Origin: Camelus dromedarius
Lineage: Eukaryota
Assembly: GCF_036321535.1 (NCBI RefSeq)
Contig: NC_087437.1
Location: 24,120,001-24,184,000 of the forward strand
Direction: 5' to 3'
DNA: 64,000 nt
The notes beneath the pieces are model-generated. The model was not told the origin of the DNA. It did not search any database and saw only the letters and a program-made list of their open reading frames with translations. Below, piece after piece: positions 12,509 to 25,053 of this stretch (position 1 is its first letter; every line of letters starts with the position of its first letter). Made by a program: the position numbers and the translations under genes.

Positions 12509-13796
12509 TGGAAAACTCAGTATTTTTAAGATTTTTATTCTTCATAAACTTATTTATAGATTCACTACATTCTCAGTGAAAATATCTGCATTTACCTTTA
12601 GTCTCAGTTTCTACTCTTGCATATATCCTTCCAGAGATTCCTGTGGGCAGGTCTTAGGGGGAGGAATGTGAAAATATTTATGTTTGTGGTAGTAAGGATT
12701 TGAAGGTAACTTAGGTGCCCATTACAAGGGAAATGAGTAAGTCAAAACTGGTAGATGAGTTCTTTAGAAAAAAATTGTGCACATTTGGAAACAATGAATT
12801 AAAAATATATGTAACAACATAAATAGATGTTAAAACCAAATGTTGAAAGAAAAAAACCAGAATGAATGCTATAGAATGGATCTATAGCACAAAGCAATTT
12901 ATATACATATATTTAAAGAGCATACACAAAGACAATATATATATTTCTCAAAATTACATATATATTCAAGAGCATATACCAGACAGAGGGAGTATTTGTT
13001 GTGGCAATAAGAGTAGGGGTGGGCTCAGAGATGAAGATGAAAATAAATGGAAATAAAGCCAGAGAAGAGCATTGCGTAGGTTGATGGTAATCATGTGCCG
13101 TAAATAGAGGAGTATCTTAAGTCAACTCCGTTCTTTAGATAAATATATGTAAATATGGTATAAATTATGGAATAGATGAAGGGGGTTATCAATTAAGTCT
13201 ATTACTCCTGAGCATCTGAGAAATATCAGGGGATAAAAATGTTCCTTGGACTTGGCATCGTGATCTTCTTTAAAGACTTCAACAAGGACAGTTACAGTAG
13301 AGTAAGCGGAATGAAGGTCAGGGTAGATGGCTCTCAGGGGTAAAGAGGAAGTGACAAAATGGTAACAACATACACAGAATCTTTCATACCTATGACAGGT
13401 TACAGGGAAATTCCCTGTGAACCTCCCAGGGCAAAAAGGGATGTGTAGAATTTCTCAAGTATGTATGACCCCCAAATCCTTGCCCTAGGGCTAAGATTCC
13501 AAAAAATATATTTAAAAAAGCGTTAAATTAAGCAAAAGCATGATGAAAGTCAATACATTTCAGTCATAAAGCACCAGATAAATATGATTCTTTCCAAATG
13601 TAATTGCAGAAATTACTACTTGAATCTCCATATATTTTATCCTTACTTTGTTTTCATAAACTGAGATTCAGGACAGAAAAAAAAGTTGAATGAAAATATA
13701 GCTCTTATCCACTTGATGAAATGTACAACTTCAAGCACATAAGGAGGCAGTTTTTGAGAGGTGTAGAAACATAACTATGGAAAAGCAGTCATGGAC

Positions 13797-14392
13797 TGTG
13801 TTAGTTTCTTACTGCTGCTTTAGCAAGTCATCACAAATTTAATGGCATAAACAATACAAACTTATTATCTTATAGTCTTAGAGGTCAGAAGTCTTAAAAC
13901 TAACGTGTTGGCAAGGCTGCATTCCTTTTGGGACGTTTAGGAGAGAATTCATTTTCTTGTCTTTTCTAGCATCTAGGGGCCACCTGCCTTTCTGCTCATG
14001 GCCCCTTGCTTTGTCCATCTTCACAGCCAGTACCATAGTATCTTCCAGTCTTTCACCCTCACTCTTTCTCATCTCTGCTTCCATATCATGTTGCCTTTAC
14101 TAACTCATCTCCTGCCTCCCTTTTATAAGGACCCTTGTGCTTGCGTTGGGCCTGCACAGATATCCCCAGAAAATCTTATCTCAAGAGCCTTAACTTAATC
14201 ATGTCACAAAGTCTCTTTTTTTTTTAAACTATGTTTTTATTATTGTTGAAGTACAGTCAGTTACAGTTTGTCAGTTTCTGGTGTACAGCACAATGTCCCC
14301 GTCATCGCAAAGTCTCTTTTACTATGTAAGGTGATGTATTCACAGGCTTTGAGGATTAAGATGTGGCCATCTTGGAGTCCATTATTCTGCAA
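13797..14392 (-). mobile_element. MLT1-type MaLR LTR containing a ~90-bp L1 3' tip
   Basis: TGTGTTAGTTTCTTACTGCTGC start, TTATTATCTTATAGT and CTTTTATAAGGACCCTTGTG. The L1 tip at 14220-14307 is flanked by TSD CAAAGTCTCTTTT. Confidence 0.8.
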
Positions 14393-15503
14393 ATCACAGA
14401 CTCTAAAACTGTATTTCTCTTTACAATTGATTTTTATTTTCACCTCTCTGAGACTACATTTACTTGTATGAGGGAAGTGTATTTTATGTTGCATTCTTTA
14501 TTTGGCTGTTATAAGGATAAGTTAAAATAGTATATAAAATCATTTTGAAAGAGTATATTATTCCTTCAGAGGAGAGTAAAAAAAAAAATTAATCTATCAG
14601 TCCTACCTACTCATACACAGCACTACATTGTTGAATTATAAAAAGAATATAAGTTTTAAATGTTTATTTTCTTTTAATGTTAAATTATCTTTTCTTTTTT
14701 ATTATCATTTTCTCACAAACTAATAACAAATGAAGTATCAAATGCTAACAGATTGGTATTTTAGTTGGGTGGAAGAAGAGAGAAAAAAAGGAAAAAAAAA
14801 AAGGAAAAAGGAAGAGAGTGGAGCCTGAAGGAGGAAGACATACTGAGAATGTATTGGCACTACTCTGCTAGGCAGTCCACAGCCTAATTTCATTTAATCC
14901 TCACGACACTTGAACATTACCATTTCCATTAGGAAATGCAGGAATGGGAGAGTTACATAACTTGTCTAAGATCATAAGTGATAGCTGATTAAAACTATTC
15001 TTTCTAATTCCAAAGCCCATATCTTTCTATAGCACAGTGGCACATGCTTTTTTGTTAAATGTGTTGTGTTCCCATGATAAATTACCACAGACTTTGAGGC
15101 TTAAAACAATAGAAATTTCTCTCACAGTTCTGGAGGCCTGAAGTCTGAAAATCAAGGTGTTGTCAGGGCCATGTTCCCTGTGAATACTCTCGGGTAGAAC
15201 CCTCTCTTGCCTCTTCCAGCTGCGGGTGACCCCAGGAGTTCCATGGCTTGGGACTGCATGACTAACTCTAATCTTTGTCACCATCTCACATGGCCTTTCC
15301 CCTGTGTCTCTGTGTCTTTTCTTTTCCTCTTTTTTTTAAATCACTTCATTGAGACATGATTGACATGTAACAAGCTGTACACATTTAACGAGCACAACTG
15401 AATGCAAATGGGGACAAGTATACACCTGTGAAATCACTACTACTGTCAAGGCCACAGAGATATCCATTACTTCCCAGAGTTTCCTTCCATCACCATTATT
15501 GTT

Positions 15504-15539
<36 letters not shown>
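15504..15539. repeat. (ATG)12 microsatellite
   Basis: Twelve perfect ATG units; produces the poly-His in ORF 15336-15560. Confidence 0.95.
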
Positions 15540-15905
15540 TGTGTTAAGAACATTTAACATAAGACCTACTTTCTTAGAAAATTCTAAGTATACAATACAG
15601 TATTGTTAGCTATAGGCATTGAGCTGTATAGTAAATTTCTAAAACTTATTTATTTTGTATAACTGAAACTTTGTACCCTTTGGCCATCACTTCTCCATTT
15701 TCCCATCCCCATTTCCCCTAGAAATCACAATTATGTTTTCTATTTCTATGAGTTTGACATTTTAGTTTCCACGTATAAGTGGAATCATATAGTCTTTGTG
15801 TTTCTATGTCTGGCTAATTTCACTTAACATAATGTTTGTGTCTTATAAAGATTCAGTATCTTAAGGATTCAGTTAAAAAACTCTGTCTTCTCTTGCAAGG
15901 ATTTT

Positions 15906-16283
15906 GTTTTGTTCTTGTGTTTTAAGGATTAAGTAGGTTTTATTTTTTTAATTCTAAAATATATTTTATTCAGTATGTTACTTAATTGACTTTTTTCAGT
16001 TTTATTAGAATTATTACAGTTTGCACATATACATTACATTGCAAGTAAATACATATATACAATGTACTGCACATTTTTTTAGTTTATATATATGTACTGA
16101 TCATTATTTCTAAGAACGGATTAGAGCATTAGCTTTTTAAACTTAACATAGTTATCAAAGGAATAAAGCCAACCATAAAATAAGAATCCACAGAATGTGG
16201 TAAGCCAATCATAAAGTACAGTCAAACGTGCTTACACATATTCAAGAAATCAGTCATCTAAGTTATAAATTAAGAGCAGTTCG
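15906..16283 (-). other. Possible retroposed mRNA 3'UTR fragment
   Basis: Unique AU-rich sequence on the minus strand with several AATAAA signals and TGTA motifs, ending in an A-rich tail, inside an LTR. Confidence 0.4.
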
Positions 16284-16849
16284 TTTGTGTGTCTCTTATA
16301 AGGATTTGTCATTGGATGTAGAGCCTACCCTAATGCAGGATGATTTCACATTAAAAACATTAATCTGCAAAGACTTTTTCTAAATTGTGTCACAATCACA
16401 GGTTTTGGGGCATGGACATATTTTGGGGTTGGGGGTGCATCACTTAACCCCTGACCATTGCTTATCAATGAAATACATTGGAATTAGGGGTCGTATTGAG
16501 GGCAAAGACTATCTTCACTTTTGTGTCATGTTTTTTGTAACATATGTGCACACAGTAGGAACTTAATAATCATTGCAAGAGTAAGAAACACATTTGCGAG
16601 CAATAATTAAAGTTTTTCGAGGAGTTTGTTAAATGATGACGTTAAACTAATTTTCAAGTTAACAAATGACACATAAGTGTAACACCATGGTTTCACAGCA
16701 GTTACAATGTGAATCCAGACTCTACTTACATACTAATTAATTGTCCCCGTTAGTAAAATTTTAACTGTATGAAAAAGAAATGGGCCTGAGTATGATGTGA
16801 AATATGTGAATATAATAAAAAAAAATTGACTCTAACTATTGGTAATCAG

Positions 16850-17420
16850 AGATAAATATTGCTTTACAAAGCCTGTGTTGAAATTAGCTCAATTTACCAC
16901 CGTGGTCAATTACATAGTAAATACATTCTTGATGGGACTTGTGTAATGGGCCATCATTCTTTCAAGAACAAAATTGTTTCCTATTCCTGTGATTTGATAA
17001 TAAGTAATAAACATGTAATATATCAATTTACAAAGTCAATTACATAATCAAGAAGAGTGCCAACAGCAATAACCAAAATACTCTGTACTGTATTTACTTT
17101 CATATTCTCCACCTTCCCTAAGGCACCAGGCCTGGCATTTTTCCTACTTTCTCAATTTTCTTTGCATAATTTTCCACTTGGTGGACTGCCATTGTCAACA
17201 GCAGCACTCTTCAACTTCTGGAGGTTTGATAAGAGCAGTTGAAGAGACGGGAACCGTTTTTAATTAAATCCTGGTTGCTGAATCTAAAAGCAAAAGTGCT
17301 TAATTATTCAACATTGCTGGTGAGGAAAGTCACAGGAGAGGATCCAGAAGAAATTTGGTATCCCATGAGCTTTGAGATACCATCCTGGAAAATGTCAATT
17401 TCCTCTTTATCGCCATTAAA
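16850..17420 (-). pseudogene. Candidate coding remnant
   Basis: Minus frames read NGDKEEIDIFQDGISKLMGYQISSGSSPVTFLTSNVE*LSTFAFRFSNQDLIKNG and LQKLKSAAVDNGSPPSGKLCKEN*ESRKNARPGALGKVENMKV. A T-tract precedes them, and back-to-back ORFs lie on the + strand. Confidence 0.35.
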
Positions 17421-18019
17421 TTAAAAAAAAAAAATTTAGATAATGCAGATGAAAGTCTGCATAACTCAAAAAATTCCTTGCTGACTAATTCCAGCTCCTA
17501 AAAAAGACACATACAGAGACAGATAATGTGGTCTTATAATTATAAGTATGATATTCGTCATGAAAACATCTACAGGCTTTGTGATTCATGTATATTTAAC
17601 AGAAATCCTTAACTAAAGAAAAGGGAGGGATTCATTTGAATTCCAGGACAAGAGGCTATTCCACTTTAAAATTTGGTTTTACGTTTCTTTCAAATTTTGT
17701 ATTAGTGTTTAGGAACTGACTTAAATATTAGAGATTTCAAAGAGTTTGGAATCAATTCGTTCTAAAAGTTGAATGTGGTTTTAATTACTACCCTAATTTC
17801 TTAAGTGCTTGTGAGCAAATATGAGTTTAACATGCCTCAGAAAGAAATGCTACCAATTTATTTGTTAAATGTAACCACAGATATATTAGGCATCTAGCAT
17901 AGTCTTGCAGTCCTAGTCCTTAAATACGCATTTCAGTGTAGAAGAGACAGAATTCTTTGGGTAAATTTCACATTTTACACAGTATTTTTTATGAACTCTT
18001 TTTCTTTTTATTGATTATT

Positions 18020-18419
18020 TAGGTTTTACTGACAATATCGCTGATAACATTTGGATAAGGTGGCATTTTAAATTTTACTGTAGAATAGCTAAACAGAAAT
18101 AGATTAAATTTTATACAGATGTGGATATCCCCAGATGTGAATATAGGAAAAACTTAGTTTTGTCTCTGGGTATTTATTCACCATATAAATCTACTAGCAC
18201 ATTCTTATCTGTTATGTAAATAAGATGTGGAATTCCAATAGTGTATCAGTGTTCTACAGCAGATGGTACACTGAGATTTACCACACCATTACATTTAATG
18301 GGTTTGAATTCATTTGGATTTCTTGATGTTCTTTCTGTCCTTCTCATAGCAGCAGTGTTGCCAATGTTCCTGATTATATATGATTTGAGAGAGTGCTTAA
18401 AGAAGCAAAACTCCTTTAT
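18020..18419 (-). pseudogene. Candidate coding remnant
   Basis: Acceptor-like atatttctaag| then IKEFCFFKHSLKSYIIRNIGNTAAMRRTERTSRNPNEFKPIKCNGVVNLSVPSAVEH*YTIGIPHLIYITDKNVLVDLYGE*IPRDKTKFFLYSHLG. Confidence 0.35.
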
Positions 18420-19004
18420 CTTAGAAATATGAGTATTTTATGTCAAAGTTTAAAGTGTATATGTATTGCATTTCAGAGGATTTATATGCCCTGTGAGAAA
18501 AGGATAGTTAATGAATATTCAACAAAGTACTTGCAGTCATTATACTCAAAGATATTTTATAAAATGGAAATACTCAATTAACTATTGTAGTGCTAGTAGG
18601 GAGGATTCATCTGAAAAACAAAGAGAAAGTTTCAGCCCAGATCATCAAGGATGAAATGGAAAAAAGTTTAAGAGAATACAAAGACTCAGGAAGGATGTGT
18701 CTCAGTTGCATTAAGGGAAGATGCTCATGACTGTTTCTGTTAACAAAAATGTATATAGTTTTTGGTTCATTAATTACTCTAGATTAATAAATAATATCCC
18801 TAAAAGCGTTTTGATCTGTGAAGGGTTGGACCTCAGCAATAATTAAAAATGGCAGCATGAGCTACATGTGCATTTGGTCTCTGAATTTGCCCTATTTAGG
18901 ATCAGAATGAGCGCTGGTGTAGCTTTAGTCATTTAGTTATAAAAATTACCATGGATGAACATAGAATGGAAGCAAGAATAAGGAATCCAATATGATGGTT
19001 ATAA

Positions 19005-19190
19005 CCAGGTACTTCTAAATCAGTATGTCTCAAAGAGTGGCCAACAGAACAACTATAAAATCTTACTGAAAATGGAGATGCCTGGGCCCTGTCCCAGATT
19101 CACTAAGTTAAAATCTGTGAGGGTGGAACCTGTGAATCAAAACATTAAAAAAAAAACAACTCTGCAGTGATTCTCATTGTGCACATACCG
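19005..19190. mobile_element. MER5-like hAT-Charlie MITE
   Basis: AAAATGGAGATGCCTGGGCCC...TAAGTTAAAATCTGTGAGGGTGGAACCTGTGAATC...GTGATTCTCA. Confidence 0.65.
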
Positions 19191-19214
19191 ACATCTATGT
19201 TGTAGGTCAATATT

Positions 19215-19405
19215 CCAAGCCAGGGCTCTAAGGCAGATCGCCTGGGTTTAAGCTGGGTTCCTTCACTCACTAGTTCTGTGACCCCAGACTCCTCTGTGTG
19301 TCTTAGTTTCAACAACTCTTAATGGGGCTAATGATGGTTGTTTTGAGGATTAACTGAGTTAATATTTGTAAATTAGTACCTGGCATGTACTAAGCACTGA
19401 TAAAA
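19215..19405 (+). mobile_element. MIR SINE
   Basis: GCCTGGGTTTAA...CACTCACTAGTTCTGTGACC...GTTTTGAGGATTAACTGAGTTAAT...CCTGGCATGTACTAAGCACT. Confidence 0.75.
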
Positions 19406-19541
19406 TAGGCGTTTGTAAAAATGATAAAAAAAATTACACATTTCATTGGAACTGGCAGATTGTGGTTAACATTTACAAGGTTTCTATTAAAAAAAGAAAA
19501 ACAAAGTCTCCCTAGAAAATATCCAAGTACTGAATATAACA

Positions 19542-20477
19542 CTATGATTCCATGTTTGAAGTTAACAGAAACCAGTTGCATTCCGTAGTTTTTGCTTTCT
19601 TCATTCTTACAACTTTGTAATAAATATTGTTAATGTTGTCAGGATCAGCTGCCAGTCGTACTCTGAATAAAATATCCTTTCCATCTTTTTTGTCGTGCTG
19701 AATACCAACTCTGGTGACATGCACACTCTCATGAAGGGTGAACACGTTTCTTATCAGAATAAAATGAGACTTAAATACAGTATCTTGGTATATGTATGTT
19801 CTGTGCTATTTCCAGCAAATCACTGCAGGAACACAGCACCAGCACAGCAGTCCTCTTAAAGTGACACTGCAGACGATATCCCAGGCACTTGGTTTTCAGT
19901 TCATTTGTGGGGCATTGGACTCATTTGGCAGCAGTACTGAAGTCACATTCATTTATAGGCACTTCGGAGGCCTCCATACAACATCCCCTAATTGCATTAC
20001 AGTGGTCTGCCATTGCCATGTGTTTATTGATTTCAGTTCTTAGAAGCCTTTTCTATTATTATCTGTAAACTGCTTAGATTTACAGTCATTTATCTACATT
20101 TAGAACACAAAAAGCCGAGTGCTAAAGGGAGAGAGAAGAGCTTGTTTATATCTCAGTTGACTAATAACTGGCTTTTTACCTAATGACAACTGATTCCAGG
20201 AATGAACTGCAATTTTTGATGTATCATGATGTTACCATTGCTTTACCCGTTCTAATAGCAAGGTCTTGAATTTTACACACATACCAACAGAATCAGAAGA
20301 CAACGTCTTCTATATTGAAAGCGATATGTCCAGGCAGTTCATAATTGTACTTGCAGCATTATTCACACACGCTTCCAGTAAGTCTAATTATTTCTTCAAA
20401 TTGGCCTGAAACGCATTTAGGCAGTAGGGCTTTCCATTGGCCCAGAAGTCATTTGATCTCTTTATGACTTCCCTGAG
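19542..20477 (-). pseudogene. Candidate large coding remnant (stop-poor 312-codon frame)
   Basis: One frame runs LREVIKRSNDFWANGKPYCLNAFQANLKK*LDLLEACVNNAASTIMNCLDISL...WQWQTTVMQLGDVVWRPPKCL...YIYQDTVFK...DILFRVRLAADPDNINNIYYK, with 9 internal stops by hand count. No repeat motifs recognised. Confidence 0.4.
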
Positions 20478-21811
20478 CTAGCATCAGCCGTTTCAGATTG
20501 GCTCTGACTGTGAAGCAGGCAATGGTGCATCTGTTTTTTGGTTTGTTTTTTAATGGGAAAAACACTTTCTAAGAAGGCAAACTTCATATCCTCACTTATG
20601 TAAGAGTTATGTGTAACCCTTTAAAATCTATAAATGGGAGCAACCCTGAGGGGGAAAAAAAAAGGTTTCATCAGAATTTAGTTTGGAAACTGGAAAATGC
20701 ACCCAGCTCAATTTTAATATTATACAATCTGTTTATTTTGTTGGGGGAGTTGTGTATAAAATAATAAAAATACTACCAGTCAGTTCAGGCTGACTTTAAT
20801 ATCCTAAATATAAATTTTAATAATAATTTGGGAAATTTTTAAATCCTATAGGTAGTGATAAAATTGAAATTTATGCTGAGTGACATGATCTTTGCCTCCT
20901 TAGAGCTTAAAAAATAACATATATTTTTAAAAGAAATTAGCAGATTAACATTTTAGTATTCTTAATGATAAAAATATTTATGGATTGCTATTACTTGGAA
21001 AAGTCTTTGAAAAATCATTTCTTGTATATTTTAATCTCAGACTGAATTAAGACTAACATATTCTTATGAAATTGAAAATGATTCAGTAACAAAATATTAG
21101 AGTCATTTACAAAATTTGTTTTTACCCACTCAGGCTTTTCCCAGTCTCACCATTTAAATGCCAATTTAGTCTTAAATTTGGGGAAAGTAATCAAAGAAGG
21201 GTTTATTACCACCTGTCAAATATATCTTAATTGGATTTGATGTAATAATTTGAATACCTCTTCAAGCACTTTGAAATTATTACTGAATCAATTAATAATA
21301 ATAAATCAGTTTAATTACTGTGTATAACTAGTTTTCTTTACCTACATATAAGGTTCACTGATAACTATAATAAAATTAGTAAATACAGAACATTACAGAT
21401 TATTTGTTTTAGTATCACATGGGTTCAGGAATTGATTCTGTATTTATTTATGTCATAAGATTTGAAGTACTTATAGACATTTAAATATTCATGACCTGGC
21501 TACTTTTATGTGTACACACACACACACATATAAGCACAAAAGTGCTTAATTTTCAGTTTTAATGATTCAAAGTTAATGATAAACTTCAAAATATCTCATA
21601 TAACTCTAATTATAACTCAGTGAAGATCAGTATAAAATTATTTTAAGAAATTTACTCTTTTCTCCAATATTTATGACTGAGAAAGCAAAATATTTAATTT
21701 AATATTCAACAAAGGAGCATCTTGCCTACAAGCCTTTTACTCCTCACAACCATCCTTGACTTTTCCTATTGTTGATATTCTATATCCAGTAACATTTAAA
21801 TTCATGTCAAC

Positions 21812-22612
21812 ATCATTTGATTTATTTAACAGTTACTAAATGCCCACCATATTCTAGTAAGTCTGCTAGATGCCAGGACTAATAAAAATACAGTAATAAA
21901 TAAAGTAATAGAAAACAAATAGCATGGGTCCCTACCTTCATAGGACTTACAGTCCAGGAAAAAGATATGAAAGATAGAAACTACATAAAAGTGATCATAA
22001 CCTCTATTTTGTGCTGTGAAGCAAAGTTACAGTGGTCTCTAAGAGGGCCTCATTGAGTCTAATAAATTCAAGGAAGGTTTTCTTGAAGAAATTTGAGTTC
22101 AGATCTGAAGAATGACTGAGAGTGAATCAGGAGCAATGAAGGAAATCATTCCAGTCCCCGAAGCCCTGAGAACAAGGGCAAAAAATTAGCCAATGTGGGT
22201 CAGCACAGAGAGTGAGGGGGAAACAGTCTGAGATAAGACAGGAGTTAGGTATGGAGAGCCTCGTAGAGCAGCTGCAGAATACAGAATGGACTCATGGCAG
22301 GCAAAAAAGGAGATGCAAGAGGAACCACTAGGAGACCACCGCAATAGTGCTGGGGAAGGAGATGGTTATTATTCGGGGTTGGACATTGAGGGCAGTGGAA
22401 ATGGAGATGTGGATAATACTGAGAGCTACTTAAAAGGAAGGATCAAAATTACTTGGTAGAGTTGGGTGTAGGAGATGAAGAATAAAGAGGGGTCGAGGAT
22501 GATTCCTAGATTTCTGACCTGACCAGTTGATGGATAGTGCCACCATGCACTGAGATACAGGAATCCAGAGTAGGACAGGAGCAGGGGGAGGAAAACAGTA
22601 GGAGGGTATGTC
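21812..22612 (-). mobile_element. L2 LINE fragment
   Basis: Antisense L2 3' end (CATTTGATTTATTTAACAG...GCTAGATGCCAGG...CCTACCTTCATAGGACTTACAGTC) and GAGGATGATTCCTAGATTTCTGACCTGA. Confidence 0.75.
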
Positions 22613-24334
22613 ATTAAAAGAAAAAAAAAAAAAAAGATGCTCACTTCTTTTGGTACTAAAAAATCTGAAATAGAATAAGAGACAAAGGGAAAGGATGGGA
22701 CAGGTAGATCCTGATCTTCCCTTTTTGGGGGTTGTAGCCTAGAGAAGGGAAGGGGTAATAAAAATTTGGGAGAAACAGAAAGGGAAGAAGACTTTTGCTC
22801 ATTAGATTAATGTGAGATCAGTATTAATATTAGATTAGTGTAAGCACTAGTATACGATTTAGGATTTGGACACATTTCCTTGAATGTTAGCTTGTTTTTT
22901 CCCCCAATTCTTATCCCCAATTGTTGCCCTTGCATGAACTTGGAGAGCAGCTCCATGGCAAGGAAACCTGGCATCTCAGTGAGCTTAAGGACAGGAAGGG
23001 TTACTGTTTAACTGTCCTAACCTGCCTCTTGTCCCTGTCTTGTAATGGATGGAATTCAGAGGTTCTCCCCAGCTCCTTGGGGATGGGGTGCACGTAAGCA
23101 ATTATAGAGCCTGCTGAAGGTCCTGGAGAGGCTAAGGAGAGGACATCTTGGCCAGACAGAAGGTGTGGTGGGACATTAGAGAGGCCTGTGTCACTTGTGA
23201 ATGTTGAGAAGGCTCTGAAAAAGTCTAGAGAGGTGGGCCGGTCCACACATCACACTGGAGCGAAAAGATGAGCACACACCAGGCAGGGCGACTGGATCAA
23301 TATGAGGAAGGACGTGGCTAAAGTGGCCAGAAAATGCCACACTGATTAACTAAACAGCGGAAACTTCTCCCCACTAGTACTGTATCCCTCTTATATGTCA
23401 AATGCCATTTTGAGTAAGAAAAGGATGGAAGAAGCAAAATGAGAAAATTGAGCATTTTGCTTAAAGTGACTATTTCCATTATTACACTGAGCTAAGACTA
23501 TTTGATTTACTGAATAAGATTCTTCCCCTCTCCCAAGGTTCAAGTTCAAGAGAAAGATCAAAGAACTTAAAGTCATAACGAAGAATCTTTTTTTTTCTGT
23601 GTATATCTGAACATACTTCAAGTACATTTAAGCCTTTGTATTTAAGTGTGGAATAAAATTGAAGATGCAATACTCAGGTAAAGAGTCAATGACAGGAAAA
23701 TACCATGGACACACCTAGTATCTTTTAATGTGTCTTACTTTAATTGGACTTTGTCTCCAAAAATGAACTAGAGGTACTGTAATAATGTGGGGGCATGACC
23801 CTCACTACCACTGTCAGAGACAGAATTCGAGTTGAATTAGCATTAGCATGATATAATTTAATGTATTCTTTGGTATGTTTTCATGTAAAACCTGAGATAC
23901 AAAGAAACAATAGGATTAGAATCTATTTAATGGATCATTTCTTTAACAAGTTTGCTTTTACCGTAGACTTAGGTCCAAATCTTTAGCCCTTGATGGATAT
24001 ACTAGACACCAGATCTTTAAAACTATGTATGTCTTATGATTAAGTTTTTGCAAAAAAATAGAATATTTTTAAATGTAGGAGGGAAATTCTTTACTTGCAA
24101 TTCCACTTTTAAGAGACATGTTGATGATTTATTTCCATTGTTTTCACATCCATCTATGTATGTGTATGTGTTATATGATTAAGTGCCTGAGTCCTAGGTC
24201 CCAGAAGCAGATTCTTTTTCTCAAAATTCCTAAGCCTTTACAATGAACTCAGAATATTGCTGAAATGTATACAGGCTTTATTGACAGCTCCCATCTTTCT
24301 GAGACGTAGTAGGGAAGAAAAAGAGGGTCCCTAG

Positions 24335-24702
24335 TGTTATGGACTAAATGTCTGTGTCCTCCCAAATTTCATATGTTGAAGCCCTAACCCCAGATATAGG
24401 TATTTGGAGGTGGAGCTTTGGGAGGTAATTAGATTTAGATGAGGGCATGAGGGTGGGACCCCCGTGATAGAACTAGTGGCCTTACAAGAAGAGGAAGAGA
24501 CTCACTGTCTCTCTGCCAAGTGAGGACGCAGTGAGAAGGTGGCTGTCTACAGCCCAGGAAGAGAGCCCTCACTAAGAGCCTGACCGTGCCAGCACCCTGA
24601 TCTTGGATTTTCCAGCTTCCAGAACTATGATAAATAAATGTCTGGTGTTTAAGCCTCCCAGTCTATGGTATTTTGTTACAATAGCTCAAACTGACTAAGA
24701 CA
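24335..24702 (+). mobile_element. Complete MLT1A0-like solo LTR
   Basis: Termini TGTTATGGACTAAATG...CTGACTAAGACA, internal AATAAA, and a near-perfect 5-bp TSD CCTAG/TCTAG. Confidence 0.9.
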
Positions 24703-24719
24703 TCTAGTCAAAGAGAGTT

Positions 24720-25053
24720 AGTAACTGTAGTTTCCTAGTATCACGGAACACTTTACTAATACATAGAAGAGTGAGTGGAGGAAACCCACAATTCTTTGTC
24801 TTGTCTGACCAAAGGAAGAGCTTCATTTACATCGGCAGGTTTAGGTATGAGGATGGTGTCTCGAGTCCAGCGGTCAGTGCTGATCCTTTTACTTTTGATT
24901 GTCAGAGAAACTTGGTCACAGGACCTACCATTTTATGGAAACAGCTGGGTTTAGTTCTTACACTGGCCAAGAGTGGCAAGGCAGTAGGAAACAGACTGAC
25001 TGATCACATCAAAGGTGCTATGGGTTTCAGAGCAAAGTAGTCCCCTGAGCCTC
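24720..25053 (-). pseudogene. Candidate exon remnant
   Basis: Acceptor cattatgttttag| at 25054. Stop-poor frames such as STFDVISQSVSYCLATLGQCKN...DQVSLTIKSKRISTDRWTRDTILIPKPADVNEALPLVRQDKELWV. An 89-aa ORF lies on the + strand. Confidence 0.3.

Larger units (their letters stand above)
15060..16455 (-). mobile_element. MLT1-type LTR with a nested L1 3' end (~15330-15835) and a 3'UTR-like insert
   Basis: LTR motifs TCTCACAGTTCTGGAGGC and AATCAAGGTGTTGTCAGGGCCATG. The LTR resumes near 16286 (TCTCTTATAAGGA...TCTGCAAAGAC). Confidence 0.75.

Noticed and set aside
15336..15560. Poly-histidine protein ORF
   Set aside because: Produced by an (ATG)12 microsatellite inside an L1 3'UTR.
9400..19700. 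Bornavirus L-like motifs (YTIMFQH, LAADPDNIN)
   Set aside because: Isolated short motifs 10 kb apart, no GDN polymerase motif seen, and splice-like structure argues for a cellular origin.
17200..20230. Resemblance of minus-strand peptides to MACC1/SH3BP4 (SKIAVHSWNQLS..ISQLR, YIYQDT, DKKDGKDI)
   Set aside because: Short matches against sequences recalled from memory, with motif spacing inconsistent with those proteins. Equally weak matches arose to unrelated families, so no gene symbol was assigned.
22780..23370. GC-richer unique-looking block with an 81-aa minus ORF
   Set aside because: Composition suggests an old LTR remnant; no family or splice structure could be supported.
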